A model generated the notes under the pieces. It worked only from the letters and a program-made list of their open reading frames with translations. It ran no database searches and had not been told where the DNA came from. This document shows, one piece after another, positions 14,218 to 26,499 of a stretch of DNA of 64,000 nucleotides. Location: contig OX597817.1 of the NCBI GenBank assembly GCA_951406725.2, positions 56,730,001 through 56,794,000 of the forward strand. Direction: 5' to 3'. Made by a program: the position numbers and the translations under genes. This DNA comes from Octopus vulgaris. Lineage: Eukaryota. Every line of letters starts with the position of its first letter. Position 1 is the stretch's first letter.

Positions 14218-14226
14218 TATATATAT

Positions 14227-14370
<144 letters not shown>

Positions 14371-14613
14371 GGGAGTACAACTGCAAACCTTCAGGGAAAA
14401 ATTCAATTTAGTATTAAATCAAATGTCACAACAGAAATATATAATATATAAATTAGAAAAACAGGAGTGCATTTTGTAGGAAAAAAAAAGCCAATATGAG
14501 AATTTCTGTCTATATACTGTAATATAGTGTATTCTAATAAAAACCCCACGTTTAAGGGCATATATATATATACGTTTCTACGATATATGTATATATATAT
14601 CCCCACGTTTAAG

Positions 14614-14669
<56 letters not shown>

Positions 14670-14743
14670 CTTAAACGTGGGGTTTTATTAGAATACACTA
14701 TTTACCAAGACAGATATTGGCTTTTTTTTCTACAAAATGCACT
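14371..14743. repeat. AT-rich repeat fragment with an inverted repeat around (TA)n
   Basis: GAGTGCATTTTGTAG...AGCCAATAT and ATAGTGTATTCTAATAAAA(A)CCCCACGTTTAAGGG (14466-14557) recur reverse-complemented at 14667-14743. The start (GGGAGTA...CAGGGAAAA...ATTAAATCAAAT) recurs at ~61895. Confidence 0.75.
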
Positions 14744-15250
14744 CTTTTTCTATCGCTAGCGAGGAGATAGATGCCCGCTATGGCCAACACCGAGACCACC
14801 AGATCATGTCATTTCCACCTTGCCTGGATTTGTTGATGATGGACATTCCACCGCTAGAGGCAGCACTGAGACTTTCTCCTGTGATAACTACTGCAGTGTA
14901 GTTTGTTGAAAAAGAAGATTTACGTTTAAGTGGGGATAAATATTACTGCCTTTATCGCTAATATATGTTTTTTTTTAAACAAGCTAACTGGCCAACCGCG
15001 ACAGCCTTCTGTTGTGGCACTGTCAATCTGTATATTGTCGGCGGAGAGATGAATCGCTGCTACCTTTGTCGGTGAAGTGTCCATCATTGACAAGACCAAA
15101 CAAGGTCGAAATCACAGGATCTGGTGGTCTCGTTAGCAATGTTAACAAGAGTACAATTTGCAACAAGAAGCCAACAAGAACAAGTTTAAATGGGGTTAAA
15201 TATTATCTCTCGATATTAATTCTGCTTCTGTCGATATATAATTGTTTGTT

Positions 15251-15317
<67 letters not shown>

Positions 15318-15373
15318 GTGTGTGTGTGAGTGTGTGCGCGTGTGTGTGTGTGAGTGTGTGTGTCATTGTGCAG

Positions 15374-15700
15374 GTGTTTGTCCCCAGCGCTGCTTGACAA
15401 CCGGTGTTGGTTTGATTCCGCCCCCCCGAAACTTAGCGTATGTGTGTGAGTGTTTGTGTGTGTCTGTGTGTTTGTGTGTATCTGTGTGTTTGTGTGTATC
15501 TGTGTGTGTGTGTGTGCGCGCGCGCGCCTTTGTGCGCGTGTTTGTCTCCCAGCACTGGGATCGATTGAATAAGTCCCCAGCTAAAATCAAAAAGGAAAAG
15601 AAATAGTCGCCAGCGTTCGATTTATTCGATGAAACCCTTCCAGACAGTGCCTCAGCATGGCCGCCATCCAATGACTGAAATAAGTACAAGATACAAAGAT
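15374..15700 (+). mobile_element. SINE family B, diverged 3' part
   Basis: GTTTGTCCCC...GCTTGACAACCGGTGTTGG...CAGCATGGCCGCC...ATGACTGAAATAAGTA is shared with the other B copies. Confidence 0.7.
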
Positions 15701-15950
15701 AGAATGTAGCGATATGACTCATTTATCTGATAGTAGACTCGCCACGGCTGGCATTCAAGACTTCTTAACGACGGACAGCAACGTAGTGGCAGTTTAACGG
15801 CTGGCGCAACATTTTGAACTTGATGTAAAAGAAAATTCCTAAACACAAAGTTTTGAAGTGATTCTTTCTCACGACACTAGACTCACCATGGCAGGCATTC
15901 AAAACTTCTTCATGGCGGACGGCAACACATTGACGTTTTAAAGGCTGGCG

Positions 15951-16101
15951 CAAATTCCGCCGAGGTCGACTTTGCTTTTCATCCTTTCAGGGTCGATAAA
16001 ATAAGTATCAGTTGATTACTGGGTGGGGGGGGGGGGGCGATGTAATCGACTTACCTCTCCTCCAAAATTTCAGGCCTTGTACTTATAGTAGAAAGGATTA
16101 T
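15951..16101 (+). mobile_element. SINE family A, 5'-truncated
   Basis: AAATTCCGCCGAGGTCGACTTTGC...GGTCGATAAAATAAGT is shared with more than 10 copies in the window. Confidence 0.8.
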
Positions 16102-16305
16102 CCACCCTGCCCCCTTTTTTACTAAACCTTTCTATGTTATTCATGTCTCTTCTTTTTCAGTGTATACTTACCTCTTTTAATTTTTTTTATCATTTCATAA
16201 CATGTAAACCCCTACACTTTATGACTGTCTTTGTATTGTCTCCCTCATCCTTCGCCCTTGTTGCAAATAAGCGAAATCATTATTATTATTATTATTATTA
16301 TTATA

Positions 16306-16347
<42 letters not shown>

Positions 16348-16393
16348 CATTATTATTATTATCATTATTATTATTATTATTATTATTTTTATA

Positions 16394-16508
<115 letters not shown>

Positions 16509-16512
16509 TTTT

Positions 16513-16864
16513 TTTTCCTTCTTTCAAATTTGCTTCCATTTCTTGCCGAGTGTCTTCCCGACTCCTAGGGCAAAGAAACTCATAGTATACATTGGTAGGC
16601 CATTAAACCAAACTCAATAGTTCGTTTTTTTTAAGTTAAATTAAAATACATGAGCAGCAACAGTTCTCACATCGACAATGCTCTTCTCAATACGTGTGAT
16701 GTACCAGTTAAGACAATCTTTTGCACTTCTTGCAGGGATGGTAAGCCAGGGATAATTCTCATATAATTTTCGGTTCCCTTCTTGATCATTCCTAGTGCTC
16801 CTATGATCACTGGTATTGTAACCGCCTTGAGATGCCACATTTTCTCAATTTCAATGAGTAGGTC

Positions 16865-16867
<3 letters not shown>
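16513..16867 (-). mobile_element. R4/Dong-type (RLE) non-LTR retrotransposon 3' end inserted in (TAA)n
   Basis: Minus strand DLLIEIEKMWHLKAVTIPVIIGALGMIKKGTENYMRIIPGLPSLQEVQKIVLTGTSHVLRRALSM* plus 3'UTR, with (TAA)n on both sides. Confidence 0.85.
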
Positions 16868-16907
<40 letters not shown>

Positions 16908-16949
16908 GATTATTATTTTTATTACTATTATTATTATTATTATTATTGC

Positions 16950-17001
<52 letters not shown>

Positions 17002-17026
17002 TTTATTACAATTATTATCATTATTA

Positions 17027-17105
<79 letters not shown>

Positions 17106-17243
17106 CATCATTATTATTATTATTTTTATTATTATTTTTATTATTATTACCATTATTATCATCATTATTATTAGTATTGTCATTATTATTATTATTATTA
17201 TTATTTTCATTACTATTATTATTATTGTTATTATTGTTGTAAT

Positions 17244-17640
17244 TACTCTTTTACTCTTTTACTTGTTTCAGTCATTTGACTGCGGCCATGCTGGAGCACC
17301 GCCTTTAGTCGAGCAAATCGACCCCGGGACTTATTCTTTGTAAGCCCAGTACTTATTTTATCGGTCTCTTTTGCCGAACCGCTAAGTGACGGGGACGTAA
17401 ACACACCAGCATCGGTTGTCAAGCAATGCTAGGGCGACAAACACAGACACACAAACATATACACACACACTTATATATACATACATATATACGACAGGCT
17501 TCTTTCAGTTTCCGTCTACCAAATCCACTCACAAGGCATTGGTCGGCCCGGGGCTATAGCAGAAGACACTTGCCCAAGATGCCACGCAGTGGGACTGAAC
17601 CCGGAACCATGTGGTTGGTTAGCAAGCTACTTACCACACA
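17244..17640 (-). mobile_element. tRNA-derived SINE family B, near full length
   Basis: Minus-strand head GTGTGGTAAGTAGCTTGC...GGTTCCGGGTTCAGTCCC (B-box-like) and tail (GTAAAAGA)n. Many copies in the window; probably one of the described octopus OK/OR SINEs (not assigned). Confidence 0.88.
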
Positions 17641-17873
17641 CCCCTTTATTAATAATAAGCCCTTTATTAATAATAATAGTGGTTTCAAATTTTGCCACAA
17701 GGGCAACAATTTTAGCGGAGAGGATGTTCAACTGGTACTTGATTTATCAACCCCGACTGAATGAAAGGTAAAATAATAAAGATATAAGAAATCAGTCGTT
17801 TTGTTGTTGCTGCCTTTGTTCCTGTTTTTAGAACAAGAGTAATTGTTAGAAATCTTCCTCCTCCTCCTTCTCC

Positions 17874-18226
17874 TTATTACCTCCGCCTTGTTTTCAGTAG
17901 TCTTTGTTTGTTTGTTCGTGAACAAGATATCTCAAGAACCACTGGATGGTTTCGGATGAAACTTTCAGGGATATTTGACCTTGTGACTGGCACGAACTGA
18001 GTAGATTTGGGGATCGATCCGGTACTGGACAAGGATTCTGGATTATTTTTCCTGTTTTTTCTTATTTAATTTTTGAGAGCGGTCGGGTTCATTTTTAGTA
18101 TTCTTGTTTGTGCGAGCAGTCAATTTTAGTTCAGATATTTTCATTTTAAAATTCCTCTCCTGCTAATCGTTGAGAGGATGTTGGTGCTGCCTTGGTGGAG
18201 GTTTGCGCTCTCTGAGTGCTCTTTTT
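17874..18226 (+). mobile_element. Non-autonomous Helentron-like element (HINE/DINE-1 architecture)
   Basis: 5' TTATTACCTCCGCC, (GTTT)n near the 5' end, subterminal inverted copy GGTGGAGGT, 3' hairpin GCGCTC-TCT-GAGTGC, then a T run. Confidence 0.65.
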
Positions 18227-18229
18227 ATT

Positions 18230-18778
18230 AGTATTTTCATTGTCAATTTTTCAATTCTGTTTCCATTTCTTGCTGAGTGTCTTCCTGACACATAGGACGA
18301 AGAAACACACTGCATACATTGGTAGGCCATTAAAATAAACACAGCAGATTTTTCATTTACAAAGTCATGTGACAGAGAGAAAGGAAAAAAATTAAAATGT
18401 AAACCAAGAAAATAAAGAGGAAAAGGGGAAAGAAATTTCACTGTGACAATGCGCTTCTCAATACGTGTGACCAGTTAAGACAATCTTTTGCACTTCCTGC
18501 ATAGATGCTAAGCCAGGGATCATTCTTAAATCATTTTCAGTTCCTTTTTTGATTATTCCGAGTGCTCCTACAATCATTGGTATTGTAACCGTCGCGATGT
18601 CTTTTCGATTTCGATTAAGAAATCTTTATATCTTCTGATCTTATGAAATTCTTTTCCCGAGATATAGTCACAGGGCTTGTTCATGTCAATCAATAAATAG
18701 ACTTTAGTGTTTTGGTCTTTCACAACAATATCTGACATATTAGCTTTGATAGTCCAGTCTGTACATACTGGGAAGTTA
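18230..18778 (-). mobile_element. R4/Dong-type RLE fragment (older copy of the 16513 family)
   Basis: Minus strand FPVCTDWTIKANMSDIVVKDQNTKVYLLIDM (decayed RPDIVV...LID), then IVGALGII and QEVQKIVLT. Same 3'UTR (ATACATTGGTAGGCCATT on +). Confidence 0.8.
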
Positions 18779-18801
18779 CTATTATTATTATTATTATTAT
18801 T

Positions 18802-19333
18802 GAGTGAGAGAGCAGTTCATGCCATCAAAGTGACACTGGGGTAAAATATACGAAGCCCAATATACCCATCATGACTACCCGTCTGATAAGGGTACACCAG
18901 GCACATGCATCACAACCATATGTGCGCGACATGGTGATCTCATATCAAGATAAACAGCACATGACCTTGCAGGTGGGGCCTAGTTAGAATTTTCTTCAGG
19001 TTGAGTAGCCCATCCGGCTCAAACATCCCTGAATAAGGGTTGTTTAAGGATGTTGAATGAAACACCCATGTTTCCAGAGGTGAATTATTCAAACCCCAAA
19101 GAATCCCTTTCAACACATGGCTATGATGCTCCCCCACTACTTCTGCTCGTGATCAGAGATGCACATATCGTCAGCCACTAAGGGACATACTCAACTGGTT
19201 AAGGTCAAACAACTGACAAGCAAATCTGTGGTATTGAGCATAATATTTGCTGTAGCCCATCTTTTATACCAAGACAAAACAATGTACACTTCCAATCAAT
19301 TAAGATCAGAAGCCATGAGAGCCACTGCCTGGT
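18802..19333. mobile_element. Unclassified ~530-bp interspersed repeat flanked by (ATT)n, copy 1
   Basis: Colinear with 19420-19876; a reversed fragment lies at ~37520-37580; no convincing ORF. Confidence 0.75.
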
Positions 19334-19355
19334 ATATTATTATTATTATTATTAA

Positions 19356-19419
<64 letters not shown>

Positions 19420-19875
19420 GAGTGAGAGAGCAGTGCATGCCATCAAAGTGATACGGGGTAAAATATTCGAAACCCAGTATACCCATCATGACTACCCGTC
19501 TGATAAAGGTACATCAGGCACATACATTACAACCATATGTGCGCGACATGGTGATCTCGTATCAAGATAAACAGCACACAACCTTGCAGGTGGGGGCCCA
19601 GTTAGAATTTTCTTCTGGTCGAGTAACCCATCCCGCTCAAAAGGTCCCTGAATAAGGATTGTCAAAGGATGTTGAACGAAACAGCCATGTTTCCAAACGT
19701 GAATTATCCAAACATTTAAGAATTCCTTTCAACACACAGCTATGATGCTCCCCCACTACTTCTGCTCATGATCAGAGATACACATATCGTCAGCCACTAA
19801 GGGACGTTGTCAACTGGTTAAGGTCAAACAACTGACAAGCAACTGAGAGCCACTGTCTGGTACTGCATCAGGGCA

Positions 19876-19876
<1 letters not shown>
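19420..19876. mobile_element. Unclassified (ATT)n-flanked repeat, copy 2 (internal deletion)
   Basis: Starts with the same GAGTGAGAGAGCAGT and is a diverged copy of 18802-19333. Confidence 0.75.
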
Positions 19877-19959
<83 letters not shown>

Positions 19960-19979
19960 TATTATTTATTTATGGGTTT

Positions 19980-20095
19980 TTCTTCTTCTTTCAAATTTGC
20001 TTCCATTTCTTGCCAGGTGTCTTCCCGACTCCTAGGGCAAAGAAACGCATAGTATACATTGGTAGGCCATTAAACTAAACTCACTAGTTCGTTCA
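19980..20095 (-). mobile_element. R4/Dong-type 3'UTR-only copy
   Basis: TTCTTTCAAATTTGCTTCCATTTCTTGCC...GGTAGGCCATTAAAC is nearly identical to 16519-16625 and is flanked by (TAA)n. Confidence 0.8.
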
Positions 20096-20143
20096 TTTTT
20101 TTTTTTTTGATAGAAATAAATTTATTATTATTATTATTATTAT

Positions 20144-20226
<83 letters not shown>

Positions 20227-20880
20227 TCATTATTATTATCGTCTTCATCAACACTACCATCACCACCACTGTCATCATCATAATCAACAGCAGCACTCTT
20301 CAAAACAGTCGCCAGGAGTTAAATTGCCTGTTGTCGCTGTTCGAGTGCCATCAATTGACAGGAATTCCGCCATATTTGAGCTGTAGTAAGGTGACAGTAA
20401 ATTGTCCATTAATGGTATCCAAGAGGAGGTGTGATCGTGAGAGGAAGGACAGGGGGTATAATTATACGTCACCTCCACCTTCACCGCTTCCATCAACACC
20501 ACCACCATTAACGATGACAACAGCAACGACAATATTTACGCTCTTTCTCTAATCACTAAGTTTCTCTCCTTCATACACACTCACATTCCCCATTTCTATG
20601 TTACTCAATTTTTCTTTCTCTTCTATCCACTCTGTGTGTGTGTTTGTGTCTATCTGTGTGTGTGTGTGTGTGTATGTGTGTGTGTGTCTGTGTATGTGTG
20701 TATGTGTGTGTGTGCCTGTGCGCGTGCATGCGTATGTGCTTGTGTGTGTGTGTCTGTGTAAATACATACACATTTAATCAAACATGTATACACACACATT
20801 TTAATTTCTCTCGTTAAGTTGGATATAGAAGCAGTAGCTATTATTAATTACATCTTAGAAATTTACTGCATTTACATTTA

Positions 20881-21062
20881 CAGTAATCCCTCACCATATC
20901 GCGGTTCACCTATCGCGCACTCAGAACATCGTAAATTTATATTGCGGTCTCCTCAGTATATCGCGGGTTACCTCGACCGATGGGTATTTATAATTTTTTC
21001 GATTTTATTTATTTCTGTGCGAGGTTTTGGAACGTAACACCGCAATAGTCGAGGGATTAATG
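20881..21062. mobile_element. pogo/Tigger-like MITE
   Basis: TIRs CAGTAATCCCTC / GAGGGATTAATG, TA on both flanks, 182 bp. Confidence 0.65.
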
Positions 21063-21339
21063 TATATCAATTCCAAACTGTTAATCTAACTTTTGGAATT
21101 GTTAATACTCTCATCCTTTATAAGGCGGTCAACTGGCAGAATCGTTGGCACGCCGGACAAAAAGCTTGGTGGTATTTCGTCCATCTTTACGCATTGTGGG
21201 TCGATCTAATCAACTTAGTCCTTCCTCGAAATTCCTAGCCTTCCTTTACGTTCCAAATATAATTAGACAGTGAAGTAGCAAGCTGTCAAATAAACGCTGT
21301 TATATAGTGTTGTATCTTCCATTTGAGTGTTATATTTTC

Positions 21340-21747
21340 TCGTGATATGTTAATGGTGGTTGTCCAGTGAAGGTAGTGACTGTGGTGTTGATGAAAGTTG
21401 CGGTTGCTATTGCGTTGATGGTAGTGCCAGCGATCATCATTTGGTGATAGAGGCGATTGGTGTAGTGGAGGTGGTCGTAGTTACAATGGGGAAGATGGCT
21501 GTACCCGTTGTGAAATGGATGATGATAATGATGGACGTACATATTTGTTTGGAATGACATTCATGGTGGTGGTCGTGATATATCGATGGTGTTTGCTGTG
21601 GTGATGGCGTTGGTGATGATGATGATGGTTGTGAATGTAATGTTGGTTATGATAGTGGTCGTGATGGTAAGAGATAATGGTAACGATTGGCATGCTGTGG
21701 CAACTAGTGATGAAGGTAGTCGTGATGGGGGGCGGGGTGGGGGTGGC

Positions 21748-21794
<47 letters not shown>

Positions 21795-22355
21795 TGGCGG
21801 TGGCGGTGATGAGTGGGGGGATAGTGGTGGGTTGGTGGGGATAGTGGTGGCGTGGTGGGGTGGTGGGGTGGGTGGTGGTGAAGGTGGGTGGTGGTGGTCG
21901 TGGTGGTCGTGGTGGTCGTGGTGGTGGTGGTGGTCGTGGTGATAGTGGTGGTGGTGGTGGTGGCGACGGTGGTAGGTGGTGTAGTTGGTGGCGGCGGCAG
22001 CGGCGGCGGTGGTGGTGGGTGGTGGTGGTTGCGCTGACGAAGGTTCGTATGGCATTGCAAGAGTTGTTATTGTTCTTGAAATTATTTAACCTCATTTTAG
22101 ACCTGCTGGAGCAGTCATCCTTTTATCAAAGGTATCCCATCTGTGACCATCCCACCTCCTGTCTTCAAGTATGTATCCCAGAACTACGTTATCCAACGCG
22201 TTTTTTCTAAGATGGAGGTATTTAATTCGAGAGACGCTGCTATTTCTAGCATGTCCAGTGACTATTTAGCTTCCCTCTTTAGCTTGCTGCTACTGCCGCT
22301 GGTGATGGTGATGGTGATATTGGTGCTGATAGTGGTTATAATAATTGTGGTGTTG

Positions 22356-22430
<75 letters not shown>

Positions 22431-22760
22431 ATGGTGGTAGTGGTGTTGGAGGTGATGATAATGTTAGCACTGGTGGTGGTGGTGGCGGTGGCGGTGCTCT
22501 TGTTATTACCGGTGTTGATGTAAGGAGCAGCGATTGGTTAATTGTATGTGTAATATCGTCCAATGAAAGTGAAGATGTAACAATGTTCAGCCATTTTGTT
22601 TCGAATCAATAACAGTGAGTCAGACAACAGAAACAGTTTCTCCTGTCTTTCTCTGGAACTTTGGCAAAATCCCGACATAGGAAGAAGCGCTGGCTGGCCG
22701 GTTGGATGGTTGGATGGTTGGATAGCTGGCTGGTTGGCTGAAAGGATGGCTGGTTGGCCG

Positions 22761-22827
<67 letters not shown>

Positions 22828-22856
22828 GGATGGATGGATGGATGGATGGATGGATG

Positions 22857-22923
<67 letters not shown>

Positions 22924-23420
22924 GGTGGTCGTCGTTGTGATGTAAATGGGATGTCGTCGTCATGATTGAGCTGCTGGTTATTTACTGGTGGTGGTAGCGG
23001 GGAGAGGTAATGTTTTGGTTGTTGGTGCTGGTGATGGTGGAGGTGATGATGACTGTGGTAGTGATTGTGGTAGTTGTGGTGGTGGAGATGGTGCTGCTAA
23101 TGCTGTTGCTGCTAATACTGCTGCTGGTAGTGCTGGTGGTGGAGATGATGCTGATGATGCTGATGGTGGTGGTGGTGGTGGTGGTGCTGCTGCTACTGCT
23201 GCTGCCGCCGGAGATGCTGGTGGTGGTAGTGGTGGTGGTGGTGGTGGTGGTGGTGGTGGTGAAGGCGGAGAAGGAGGTGGTGCTCTTCGTTGTTGTCGCG
23301 TTAATAGCGATGGTATTGGTTGTAGTGATTGAGATATTCTTGTTATATAGTTTTGGTGTAGTTAATAATAACAGTGTGTGTGTGTGTGTGTGTGTGTCAT
23401 GGTCCTGGTGTTCATAATAA
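21340..23420. repeat. Low-complexity (GGT/GGC/GAT/AGT)n and (GATA)n domain
   Basis: Direct reading; produces poly-G/P/H/T/V ORFs in several frames. Confidence 0.9.
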
Positions 23421-23599
23421 CGATGGTGATCTACATATGTACTTAGTGATATTGTTAGTATTAATAATACCACTGATGTTGTAGTTGGTGCTCGTATTGG
23501 TAAACATGCTAACAATTGTCTTCTTGACGTCGTTGGTGATTTCAAAAGATGCGTCGGCTTCGATGCGTGCCATGATGATCTTTTGGTGCTGGAGTATTC

Positions 23600-24130
23600 A
23601 TCTCATCTAGGTCGTCCCATAGGACGCCCCTGTTTTAGGGGTTTCGGTTGCGCATACTATAGGAGTCACAGGGCGCTGTTCCATGTGGTCCCGCAGTTTC
23701 CCTCTAACTTGGAATATTAGGGTCTCATCTATTGTCTTGTATTCAAGGTCTTCTGCATGACATCCTGCTAGTTCAAAGCCAGGAATCTGATTTGTTAGGT
23801 CCCCTGCCGATAACTAAATCCATGCCCTGCTGCCGACGCTTTGTAGTTAAGGTTTTGTCTGTCTCCTACCCTTCGATCTGTCTGGCCTGGTAAGACCTGC
23901 TTGAAGAGTTCTCTCCCTCCAGCATAGCTCTCTGGATCAATGGAGCACACAGGCACTTCATCGCGACAAGGTAATTGTTGAATTGGCCGTTGACTAACCA
24001 GTAGTTCTTCCGCCCTTTGACAGGTCTTAGTTTTCGGCCCGCAGGGTGTCCAACAACACCCTCCTCGACCAAGCAAGCTTGATGGGCTAGCCAGTTTAGT
24101 CGCCAACGACCCAACCATGTAACAGGTTGT
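23600..24130 (-). mobile_element. RTE-clade related element (5'UTR-like region)
   Basis: Minus strand CCTTGTCGCGATGAAGTGCCTGTGTGCTCCATTGATCCAGAGAGCTATGC...CAGACAAAA resembles RTE/BovB-type 5'UTRs, recalled from memory and not aligned. Confidence 0.45.
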
Positions 24131-24222
24131 ACTGGGTTACATATTACCAGTAGCGCACAAGAGCAACCTGACATTCCTGGAGTATTAGAACCTGGATTTG
24201 CAGTGGTGAACAGAGTAGTAAC

Positions 24223-24636
24223 ATTCTTTCTATTAAAGGCACAAGATCTGGAGTTTGTGGGGGGAGGGGTAAGCCGATCACATCGACCCCAGTACTTGAA
24301 CTCGTACTTAATTTATCGATTCCGAAAGGATGAAAGGATGAAACTCAGAACAAAAAGACAGACGAAATAACGCTTAGCATTTTGCCCAGCGTGCTATCGA
24401 TTCTTATTTCTTTATTGCCCACAATGGGCTAAACATAGAGGGGACAAACAAGGACAGACACACGGATTAAGTCGATTATATCGACCCCAGTGCGTAACTG
24501 GTACTTAATTTATTGACACCGAAAGGATGAAAGGCAAAGTCGACCTCGGCGGAATTTGAACTCAGAACGTAGCGACGGGCGAAATACCGCTAAGCATTTC
24601 GCCCGGCGTCCTAACGATTCTGCCAGTTCGCCGCTT
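24223..24636 (-). mobile_element. tRNA-derived SINE family A (composite/nested copy)
   Basis: Minus-strand head GCGGCGAACTGGCAGAATCGTTAG (A-box-like), GAGTTCAAATTCC (B-box-like), tail GTGGGCAATAAAGAAATA. Confidence 0.85.
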
Positions 24637-25245
24637 TAACCCAGGATGGTAATATAATAATGCTGCTGGTGATGCTGGTGGGTGCTGTCGGTATTTATGC
24701 TGGTAGTACTAATGATTGGTGTGTTGCTAGACACAAGAAAACACTAGTCATGTTTAGCCGGCCAACGCAACGACACATCACTGAATCATAGCACGAATAA
24801 TGGCGGCTGGAAGTTAACTAAATAGGAGAGACGTCCAACTAAAATAGCTACACTGGATTGAGAGAATATTCTGGAAAGAATACAAAAGATGGAATACGAT
24901 AAGCGATAACGATCATTATTTGGGGGCTTTTTTCCAAAACGATAAAATCTCAACATTTATCGGAATATCGATAATTCAACTGATACTTACTGAAGCCTTT
25001 CTAAAACACCAGAAGGTTCTACTAACGGTTGGAACCGTTGCTGGGAGGGATGCATCTGTATAGAACTGATCGTTGTCACTGTGTGTACGCATATACATTT
25101 ATACATATATATATGTGTGCATGTATGTGTGTATGTGTGTGTATACATGTATACATACATATACATATATATATATATATACATACATATACATATATAT
25201 ATGTATATGTATGTATATGTGTGTGTGTGTGTATTTGTATACATG

Positions 25246-25642
25246 TACTCTTTTACTCTTTTACTCTTTTATTTGTTTCAGTCATTTGACTACGGCCATG
25301 CGGGAGCACCGTCTTTAGTCGACCACATTGACCCCTGGACTAAGCCTAGTACTTATTCTATCGGTCTCTTTTGCCGAACCGCTAAGTGACAGGGACATAA
25401 ACACACCAGCATCAGTTGTCAAGCAATGCAAGGGGGACAAACACAGACACACAAACACACACATATATATACATATATACGACGAGCTTTTTTCAGTTTC
25501 CGTCTACCAAATCTACTCATATGGCTTTGATCGGCCCGAGGCTATAGTAGAAGACACTTGCCCAAGATGCCACATAGTGGGACTGAACCCGGAACCTTGT
25601 GGTTGGTAAGCAAGCTACTTATCACACAGCCACTCCTGCGCC
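25246..25642 (-). mobile_element. SINE family B, full length
   Basis: Minus strand starts GGCGCAGGAGTGGCTGTGTG and ends (GTAAAAGA)n. Confidence 0.88.
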
Positions 25643-25937
25643 TATTGTGTACCCATATCTTTTATTCTTTTATTCGTTTCAGCCATGTGGTTGCAGTCAT
25701 GCTGGAGCACCAGCAGGATTTTGTACTTTTGCACGTCGTTCTTCTTTGGCTGATTTCTTGAGGGTGGTGGGATTTCATATCACTACCCCTTCATGTGCTT
25801 TTCCCTTGGTTGTTGGCCCATTTGGCTCTCACCTGTATCTCATGCAAGGCCGTTTGTGTGCATGTATGTTTGAATGTGTGCATATACGTGTCTGTGTTTA
25901 TGTATGTATATATGTGCATGTACATATACATGTAAAA

Positions 25938-25985
25938 CTTGCCTGAAGATCCTGTACACTCACAGGTCAAACTCAGAGTAACAAG
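25938..25985 (+). ncRNA. Degenerate hammerhead motif
   Basis: CUUGC-CUGAAGA-UCCUGU acacuc ACAGGUC-AAACUC A GAGUA-ACAAG. Stems I-III are present but G12 is missing. Confidence 0.5.
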
Positions 25986-26003
25986 GGACTGACTCGACCA
26001 AAA

Positions 26004-26067
<64 letters not shown>

Positions 26068-26069
<2 letters not shown>

Positions 26070-26267
26070 AAAAAAGTCAAGATAGAAAATACTAAAATAA
26101 TTTTATAAAAAACATTTCAGTACCGTTTTCAGTCATTGGGACTTTTCTTTTAAGTTTTCTAAATTTAATTATTTAATTGTTACAGTTGAAAAGTCTCAAT
26201 GACTGAAACCGGTAGTGAAACGTTTTTTATAAAATTATTATACCATTTTCTATCTTGACTTTTTTCC
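26068..26267. repeat. Fold-back element (~80-bp inverted arms) within (TA)n, probably a PLE pLTR remnant
   Basis: 26068-26147 is the reverse complement of 26188-26267 with few mismatches. It contains the decayed hammerhead-like TTGAAAAGTCTCAATGACTGAAACCGGTA. Confidence 0.75.
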
Positions 26268-26297
26268 ATATATATCAACTCGTGTGTTCCTTTTCAT

Positions 26298-26363
<66 letters not shown>

Positions 26364-26499
26364 ACATCCATATACAACGAAAGCACGCTACCGCGATCTA
26401 CGGGTGACGGCTATCTTATTTCAGTAATTTTAACTACATTTATATAGATTGCATTGTGTTCATACCTTTTGCTGTAATGTTTCTTTATTTAGTCTACTT

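Noticed and set aside
14848-14866. CCACCGCTAGAGGCAGCAC as a CTCF site
   Set aside because: It is one base short in the core relative to the consensus; a single motif is not supportable without data.
21561-22055. His/Pro-rich minus-strand ORF resembling a transcription-factor N-terminus
   Set aside because: All frames are open because of (GGT/GGC)n. There is no adjoining domain or clear splice context, and it abuts a repeat-family tail.
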